DNA of 64,000 bases from the human T2T-CHM13v2.0 reference genome, Homo sapiens. Both the position numbers and the translations under genes were made by a program. Shown here piece by piece: positions 52,362 through 64,000 of the stretch (position 1 is the first letter of the stretch; each line of letters begins with the position of its first letter). The notes beneath the pieces are model-generated. The model made no database searches and was not told the DNA's origin. It saw only the letters and a program-made list of their open reading frames with translations. The DNA is taken from NCBI RefSeq assembly GCF_009914755.1, contig NC_060946.1. The stretch is one strand, 5' to 3'.

Positions 52362-53721
52362 AAACCTGGGAGGAGAAGTGGTGGAGGGACCCTTGCCAAA
52401 TGTCTGGAGGACCGCCGTGCCAATGAAGAAGCTGGCTTGCTCTGCCCAGTTCCAGGCAGCGGGTTCTAGGGTATCTAACAGCCAAAGTGGTCACATAATA
52501 GAGTGAGAGAGTGAGCGCCACATCACAGGACGTGTGTAAGCAGTGGCATGAGACTGGGGCCACAGGAGATGACCTTGAAGCCCCTCTCCTCACCCAGGTC
52601 ACAGGTGTGAGGCCCAGTGGAACCATATTTGGCCAGTTCCCCAGCCTCAGAGCATGCTTGAGCTAAAGGTCAGTGGCTAAGCCTCCTACCGCCAGCAGGA
52701 GACCCTGTGGCCGATCCCAGATTTCCTGAGTGAATTTCTCTCTTCTTCCAGTTCTACTCGCTGGCCCAGGTCCAGCTGGACAGCCTGGACCCCTGAACAG
52801 GGCTTCCAGCAGCACCCTGGTTTATTTAAGTTTCAGGCCATCAAAAGGACCAGAGTAACCGCTGGCCCCTAGCTGGCCACCTGGGGTCTGTGGTTTTCGG
52901 GTTCCGACAATCACAAATAGACTGGATGTTCCCAAGGTCGCCTCCCAGGCCCAGCCCCTGCCCACCTTCCTGTGGCTGTGTGGCTGCCGAGTGATGACTC
53001 GGCCCAGGGGCCGTGAGGACAGAGGCTGAAACTCCCTGACAGGCCTGGGGACCTGAAGTTGCTGTAGGATGGACAGGCCAAGAGTCAGTGTGGCTGGGCC
53101 CACGCCCCCACCTCTGAGTTTCAAGGCCCCTTCACCAAGGCAGGTGCTGGGTGTGGAGGAGAGGAGGAGGGTGTGCTGGAGTCAGGAGAGGGGCTCTGCG
53201 TAGCCTGACACCACCCCTGTCTGGGCCTCGTGGTTCCCAGCCCTGCCTTCCCTTCGGTGACCCTGTGGAATGTCGTCCTGTGAGTTTGTGGGGAGTGCCT
53301 GGCAGGGCTTGTGCGTTCGGGGATGCACCCTGTGTATGCATGTGGGGCGTGTCTGTGTGAGAGTGCATGCATGTATGTGGCACTAGGGTGGGGAGCCTTC
53401 CAGTGGGTGCACACGCAGGCCGATGGGGACTTGCTCCGTGTGCACGGAGGGCCTGGGTCTCCATGTGCCAGGCCTGTGCACACAGGTGTGGACATGTCTG
53501 CTTCCCTCAAGGGCCCCGAACAAGGAGATGCCAGCTGGTGACACTGTTGTGGCTCAGTGTGTTCCCCTGAGGTCTCCAGCCTCCAAACCTCACTCTGCTA
53601 GGCCACCCTCCTAGGCTGGCCACAGGCTACAGTGGGTTCACCTGCTCAGCTTCACCAGGTCACTCAGTCTGACTCTCAGCATCTGTTGCATTCCTGCAGC
53701 TTAGAGCCATCCTTGGCTTGA

Positions 53722-54165
<444 letters not shown>

Positions 54166-54323
54166 TGAGTCCTGGCTCTGGCACTCAGCCATTGAGTGGG
54201 ATTCATTTCTTCTTGCTGTGCCTCAGTTTCTTCACCTGGGGGCTGCCTGGGGAAGGCAGAGGGGCCTGCCGTCACAGTGGAGGCTAGAGATAGAGCAGCT
54301 ACCCAAGTTTTCTTGGACCCCCC

Positions 54324-55662
54324 GACTCCCCCAAGTAATGGATGGATCCCTGTCTAATCCATTGCTCCTACTCGGCAAGTGTAGAAAGTAAGGCTTGTAG
54401 AGAGGAAGGGACTTGTTCAAGGCCACACAGGCCTAGAGGGCTTGACCAGCTAAGCGTGAGGTTTATGGTACAAAAAGCAGTGCACATTCTGGGCCACACC
54501 CATCCACATCCTGCAGCACCCCTGGACCTCATGGGGCACTTCAGTGCTAATGTTCCTTTGCCTGGAAAGCTGTCACTTCTCTCCCTGGGCTCTCACCAGC
54601 CCTCATGCCCTACCGCCAGCGGTAGACACAGATGGGGCAACCCCCAAAATGCACACACAGAGGCCAGGGAGGGGTTGTCTGCAGTTTCCGTCCCTGCAAC
54701 AGTACCGACTGGGCACCTACCATGTGCTAGGCTGAGCCAGATGCCGAGGAGACAGCAGCAGGAGACAGTGAGGAGACGGGCAAAATACACAAGAAATTTA
54801 ATCAATGAGTCAATTACCTAGTATGCTGGAAAGAGAAATGTGCTATGGAAGAAAGAAGGGCAAGCAAAGGGACGGGGGGCTGCCCTGAGTTGTGGTGGTC
54901 CCAAAGACCCAGATCAGAGCCCAGGCTGGAAGTAGGAGGAGCTGTGGGTACCTGGGGCTGGAGCGTTCAGGCAGAGGGGACCGCCAGCACCAACGGAGCT
55001 AGTGTGCCAGTGGATGAGAGTAGAGGGGAGGAGGCCAGAGAGGTAACTGGCCGACAGGTCTCTGGCCTCCCTCTGAGTGGAGGCGGCAGCCACCGCACAA
55101 TCTGCGCAGAGCAGGGAGGTGAGCTGACTTTGCCCACCAGTGGGGAGGCGGCTGCAAGAACACAGGCCAGGCAAGGGCAGTGGAAGGGGGAGGTGGAAGA
55201 GGTGCTCCTGGTGCCCACAGCCGTCTCTCCTGTGGGACAGGCCAGGATTTCCCACCCAGGGCCTGCTCCCTTTGAGAATCTGATAACAGCCATGGATGCT
55301 TCCCCCAAAACACGCATGTGCACGTGCACTCATATACACACACAGATGGGCAGGGGCACACACCCATGTACACATGCATGCACACATTTCTGCACATGTA
55401 TACATGCACCCATGTTCACACACATGCACACGCTTCCACAGGTGTACATGCACCTGTGTTCACATGCATGCACACACTCACACATGCTCACAGTCACACA
55501 CACCATGCTACTGGGAATTTTAGGAGATTGCTGGATCCCTTGACTCCCCCAAGTAATGGATCCCTATCTAATCCATTACCCCTACTCGGCAAGTGTAGAA
55601 AGTAAGGATGGTAGAGAAGGGACTTGTTCAATGCCACGCAAGCCTAGAGGGCTTGACCAGCA
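54324..55662 (+). repeat. Dispersed direct repeat of ~125 bp (54324-54450 and 55542-55662)
   Basis: Shared gactcccccaagtaatgga...cctactcggcaagtgtagaaagtaagg...gggacttgttcaa...cttgaccagc. Confidence 0.93.
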
Positions 55663-56122
55663 AGACTTGGCCCAGACACCCTACCTGGACCAGCAGGGGC
55701 CCCTCCCTTAGGGCCCTCTGTCCCCAGCACCAGCTAGGGGCTAGGGGAAACTTCTCTCATCCTAGTTGCCCAAGAGCTCACAGCAAGGCCAGGTGAGGAG
55801 CCCAGGATAGCAGACAGGAAGTGCTCAGGTCCCAAGAAAGGGAGTGAGAGGAGACTCTGGAGAGGTGGCATTTGAGCTGAGCTCTTTGGGCTGGGCTGGG
55901 AAGGGCACTCCAGGCAGAACCCAGTAGCAGTAAAGGCCTTGAGGTGAGAATTCTCCAAATGGAGGCAAGCAGGGCTCCTGGAAACCAGAAGCCCTTCAGG
56001 GGCCTTTGAGGGGAGGAGACACCTGGGCTGGGTCTTTAAGGATGAGTAGGAGTTTTTCCAAAAAGGCGTTTTGGGCAGAACACAGATATGCCAGGTACAG
56101 AGATTTTAAAAAGCCAGAGAAC

Positions 56123-56734
<612 letters not shown>

Positions 56735-57227
56735 GGCAGAGAAATTGCAAGCATTTCAGAGGGCTGCCAGTGGATGGGACAAGCTCAGCTGAATGGAGTG
56801 TATGTGGGGGAGGGTAGAAAGGGGACAGATCTGACTTCACCTGGCCAGTGTTGGGGAAGGAAGTCGCCAACAGAAGAACAATGAGGTTCACAAATTTGGA
56901 AAGGAGAGCTTTATTTCTCATAAAGGGTTGCAGCCTGCAGGGCAGCCATTCTGACAGGCTGGGAAGCATAGCTTCCAGCCAGAAGCCAGGAACACATGCT
57001 TCAAGGGAGGGGCAAAGGGAACAGGAATTTATACAGAGCAGGGTGGCTGAATATACATATTTAATAAGCTATAGGGGGAGTCATGAATATTGATGTAAGG
57101 AGAAACAGGGACCTGTGCAATTAAGCTTCATGCCCCTTAGTGAGTCACACATGCAAAAAAATGGTGGCGTTAGTGTGATCGCAGGGTGTTTTTCAGCCCT
57201 CTGATGTCAAAAGGTGAAGCACAGGAC

Positions 57228-59158
<1,931 letters not shown>

Positions 59159-59913
59159 AGGCTGGGCGTGGGGAAGATGTACTTGCCACACAGCGCCCAA
59201 CACACTGAGTGCCGCATTGAGGACATGGAGGCGGACTTTGGTATGAACCCAACAAGGCTGACTCCACTTCGGCCTCCCAAGAAGCTTGGGAATCTGGAAA
59301 GGTCAGGAGAACAAAGACCCAAGCTGGGGGAAGATGGAGAGCAAGCAAGTCCCCTGACCCTGGCCAGCTCTGGGCAGGGCAGCTTCCCTGGGGAGTGGGG
59401 CGTGTCTTTACTTCTCACTGGGCCTCAAGGGCAGGGGCTGGGGCTTGGGCAGGTCCTCCTCCCCTTTGCCAGGAGCAATGGAAATGGAGGAATGTGATTA
59501 TTTTGTGCCTGCCTTCGTGCTTGGGGGCCAATGTCAAGGTTTTCTTGATGCTCAGAACGAGTTCAATGGAGAATCCAGACTTGAAACAGCACTTCTTTCA
59601 TGGGCTGAGGGACGCCCAGAGTTGCTGCTGAAGGCTCAGGGAGGGAGAGAAGGTTCTGGGGAAGGAAAGTGTCTGTGAGGCGGTCCCTTCCAGAGGGGAA
59701 TGAGTCCCAGGCAGGGAGAGCTGTGGCATGGGGAATTGGGGGAGGGGGACACATTTGAGCAGAAATTGAAGGTTCTTTGGGGGCCGGAGAAGAAGGGGCA
59801 GAGAGGGTTGAACAGCCAGGCTGGGGAGAGGAGGAGGGCAACATTTTTGCAGGGCAGAATAGACTGGATTTTGGGGGAGTGACAATTACCTTAAGCACAT
59901 GTCATGGAGATGA

Positions 59914-60143
<230 letters not shown>

Positions 60144-60239
60144 TGATCCACCTGCCTCAACCTCCCAAAGTGCTGGGATTACAGGCATGAGCCACCATGC
60201 CCGGCCCATGAAGATGTTATAATGGAATGTGCTTAGAGT

Positions 60240-60508
60240 GATAGGAACTAGGAATGGATCTTACACTTTCAAATGGTTGGGAAAACATCAAAAAATGTTT
60301 CTGGACACGTGAAAATGACACGAAATTCAAATTTTTGTGTCCATAAAGTTTTATTGGAACACCGCCAGGCTCATTCTTTTACGTATTGTCTATGGTTGAT
60401 TTTATGCTACGATGGCAGAGTTGAGTAGTTGGGACAGAGACCATATGGCTGGCAAAGCCTAAAAGATTTACAATCAATCTCTTAAAGCAAATGGTTTGCC
60501 CACCCTTG
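60240..60508. mobile_element. hAT-Charlie MITE (MER58B-like)
   Basis: ataaagttttattggaacac...ggcagagttgagtagttg...gtttgcccacccttg. Confidence 0.8.
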
Positions 60509-60849
60509 CTTAGAGAGAGCCTCCAGGAAGAAAAGAGCAGTGAGGGTGACGTTGAAGAAGGGGGCAAGACTAGGTCACCAGGGGCTCCCTGTGCCCAGCC
60601 CAGGCACTGAACTTAAGCTGAGGGCAAGTGGGAGCCATTGAAGGTGCAGGCAGGAGAGTGACCTGCTCAAGTGAATGTTGGAGTAGGATCACTCTGCCTC
60701 CTCAGCAAGGATGGATGAAGCTGGGCACGGAGGCACCTGGAGCAGGTAGACCAGCCCTAGGCAGCCCGGATGGTTCAGCAAAGGCCTCTGGGACTATTCT
60801 GGAGCACATTCGCTGGGATATAGAATAGGTAGCGCATCCCTGCACCTTC

Positions 60850-62950
60850 GACGATGGCGGCGCAGAGATGTCTGCTGCGTACCCACAATGCCTTGTGCCT
60901 CGCACCGCGGGAGGAAGTGGCTGCTCTGTAGGCCCCAGAACGGAACCACTTGAAAGGCGGGAAACACGTGGGGGACCCCTCTGAGCCCTGAGAGGAATGG
61001 CCTAGAGCAAGGCCACGAGGAGCCAGGGCACGACACGGTGGGCCCTCGGAGAACCGCTGGTGGGCAAGTGGCAGGAGAGTAGGCTCAAGAGGGTTGGCAG
61101 GGCCGACCGGGCCTAGGGTGGCCGGGTGAGGGGGGCGGGGGAGGGGAGGCCCCCCCAGTTACCCCAGGAGTGCGCAGGTGGCTTCGGGCATGTGAGGGAC
61201 GGAGGGGGTCGGACGGAAGGACACAGGCCGGTGTACAGCGGTCACCCACGCCCCAAGCAGACACACAGACTCTGTAGACACCGTAACAGGCCCGGCACCG
61301 TGCACACATCACAGGCCCAGGCCTCTGCACATGGTCACAGATGCCTGTGCGAAATCCCGGCCCAGGTTCACGCGGGCACAGGCGCATCCACGCACACACC
61401 GCAACACGGATCTGCACGTCCATGCACACACAGGCACAGACTCGGGCACACGGAGTCACACCGACCCGGGCACGCTGCGGAACGCACCCGTCCACGCATA
61501 CACAGAACGGGACTTGCTGCCCCGCACGCACACCAGGCCCGCACTCCTAACTACCCGCATTCCCCGCACACGCCCCCGCGCAGGCCGCCCCGGGCCGTGG
61601 GCCGGCGCACGCACGGTCACAGGAGGGGCGCGCGCACACTCGCACTCACACACACTCGCTCGCACACGCACACACTCGATCCAGCACGCGCGGGCGGCGC
61701 GGGGCGGCGGCGGCCGGAGTCTGCGGTGCGAGGCGCCCCCGGCCCGGCGCGGCGGCGGAGCCCGGCTGGCGGGGGAGGGGAGGGGGTTGCGGAGGGGGCG
61801 GGGTGGGGGCCGGAGCCGCTTGAGCCGGCGGGAGCGGGCACCCCTGCGCGCCGCGCTCGGCCTCGCCTCCGCGCCCCCCGCGCGCCCGCCGCGGTCCCTC
61901 CCCCGCGCCCGTCCGCTCGCCGGGCCCCCGCCGCCGCCCTGGGGTGCAGCCGAGCGGCCGCGCCGGGTCCCCGGGACGGGGTGGAAGTGGGGGTGGGGGG
62001 AGGGGATCGGGGCCGGGCCGGGGCCGCGCTGCCTGCGATGCCGGGCGCCCGCCGCAGCCGCTGCCGCCGGAGCCCGGGATGGGGCGAGAGGCTGCGGCGG
62101 ACGCCAGCATCTCCCCGCCGGGGACCCCGGGGGCCGCGGAGCCGCCGCCGCCGCTGCTGCCGCCGTTGCTGAGACCCAGCGGGCGATGGGTGAGTTGACC
62201 CCGGCGTCCTGGGGGGCGCCGCGGCCCCTCTATCCCCGCGCTGCCCGCCCTCCCGCGCTGCGCTTGGCGCCCCCCGCCCGGCTCCGCGGCCCACTCCCCG
62301 AGCGTGACCTTAGGGGGCGGGCGCGGGCGCACTGGGGCTGGGGGCCCGGAGGCCGCGGTGGGGGCGAGATGCCGGGGAAGCCGCTCGGCGCGGGCCCCCT
62401 CCCCCTACCCGCCGCTCCTCCGAGCTCCCCGGTCCCCGGAGGGCAGAGCCTCAGCGCCCGACCCCCTCCCACGGCCGGGCGGGGGACGTCCCCGAGGCGC
62501 GGGGCTCGAGCCGTGCTTTGTGCGCGGCACCCCCCAGCCTCCGGCGCGGCTCCCCCACAACCTCCGGCGCGGCGCGGGGCTGGGGTGGGAGGCCTCCGCG
62601 CCCGCCTTCCCCACCCCCGACCCCAGACTGCGGCGGCGGCAGCCGAGGCCCAAGCGCAGTCGGGGGCTGGGCGGGTGCGGGGGCTGCGGCCGTAGCTACC
62701 CCTGGGGACCAGGCAGAGGCAAATGTGGAGAGGGCCCCCGGCCATTTACCGGGGTGGGGGCCCCCGGCTCCTTGCATTGCTCTGCCCAGGGCGGGGGAGG
62801 GAACCTGGCTGAGGGAGGGCGCTATAAATATCTGCAAATAGTGAGTTCTGGAACCGGGAGTGGGGAGGGGAGTGCGCCTGGGTGTGTGTATGGTGGGGTT
62901 CCTGAGCTGGGGTGCAGCAGGAAGGGATGCCGCGCGGCCAGACCTAGTGG
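60850..62950 (+). promoter_or_regulatory. MGAT3: Large CpG island / promoter of the next gene (MGAT3)
   Basis: Very high GC and CpG content, many GC boxes, GCC repeats. Gene identity comes from known synteny (TAB1 then MGAT3, same strand) and recall of the leader sequence; no MGAT3 coding sequence is in the window. Confidence 0.85.
61640..62189 (+). other. MGAT3: MGAT3 non-coding exon 1 (5' UTR); start approximate
   Basis: Ends ...gagacccagcgggcgatgg followed by the consensus donor GTGAGT at 62190, inside the CpG island. Confidence 0.75.
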
Positions 62951-63666
62951 TCTGAGGTCGGATGACCCCCAGCCCCGGAAGATGCCCCTGAAGGCCCCTG
63001 ATGGGGTGTGGGCAGACACACTACCCCAGTGGGATTCCTCCCTGGTTGCCCACTTCATTCCTGGGACACACCAGTCCAGATTCGCCTTGATGGGGGAGTT
63101 GTGAGCACTGGCGTGTCGTTTGGGGAGGGGGAGCAGTTATGAAAGATCCAGACATGGAGCCCAGCAGAAGGATGGAGGGGAGAGCCCCCACCCCCAGGAG
63201 CTGCAGCTCTGAGGGGGTTTTCAGTCTAAGGAGTGCTAAGGGGAGCCGCTCTGGGTCCTAGGAAGGTTTGAAAGAGGGGTCCCAGCCCAGGAGGAAGAGA
63301 GAGGTTACTGGAAGAGATGACGACAGGAAGCTGCCAGAGATCTCTGGGTAGAGAAAGGTGGGAAGGGCGTTGTGGGCCAAGGGAATGGCATGAGCAAAGG
63401 CTCAGAGGTGTGAGTGTCTGGCGTGTGTTGAGAGGTGGCAGTGGGAACAGTCAGGCACTGTGGGTGCCCCCTGGAAGAAGTGAGATGAAAACGGGGCAGA
63501 GGCTGGGCAGGGAGGCCAGGTGGAGGTGAGGTGGGAGGGCACAGCAGGGAGCTGGCACTTGGTCCTGAGGACGGCAGGGAGCCAAGACCTGGCTGGGGGG
63601 ATGCCGCTGGCTCAGACCCATTCTAAGGGTCTGCCTGGTGCCCTTGGTGTGGTCAGGGCTACTTGA

Positions 63667-63958
<292 letters not shown>

Positions 63959-64000
63959 TAAAGTGCTGGGATTACAGGCGTGAGCCACCTCGCCCAACCC

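Noticed and set aside
61126-63104. Long ORFs (348, 454, 266, 225 and 228 aa) over the CpG island
   Set aside because: Open in several frames on both strands, Arg/Gly/Pro/Ala-rich; expected from stop-codon scarcity in very GC-rich DNA; no recognisable domain.

Overview
Human (primate) genomic DNA, + strand, recognisable as the TAB1-MGAT3 interval of chr22q13.1. The window holds the complete TAB1 gene: a CpG promoter at ~4.2-4.85 kb and 11 coding exons (4421-34850) that splice with canonical GT-AG boundaries into a 1515-nt ORF (504 aa, PP2C-like pseudophosphatase plus TAK1-binding tail), with an AATAAA at 36478. The alternative last exon of TAB1-beta (41119-41200, 462 aa) is also present. A large CpG island at ~60.9-62.9 kb carries a non-coding first exon (donor at 62190) that I assign to MGAT3 from synteny and recall. 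The rest is Alu-dense, with L1, L2, MIR, DNA-transposon and ERV-LTR relics. Almost all ORFs in the supplied track are Alu-derived, low-complexity or GC-rich artefacts. I found no convincing new multi-gene system. Best leads: (1) a candidate independent two-exon unit (TATA, strong-Kozak ATG, GTGAGT donor) that would read the TAB1-beta exon in another frame (135 aa); (2) a ~235-bp copy of nearby sequence inserted into an ERV1 LTR; (3) competing acceptors at TAB1 exon 10; (4) three ATGs in three frames in the MGAT3 leader; (5) a VNTR born from an L1 3' UTR. Repeat subfamily names are from memory of consensus sequences and need RepeatMasker confirmation; repeat boundaries are approximate.
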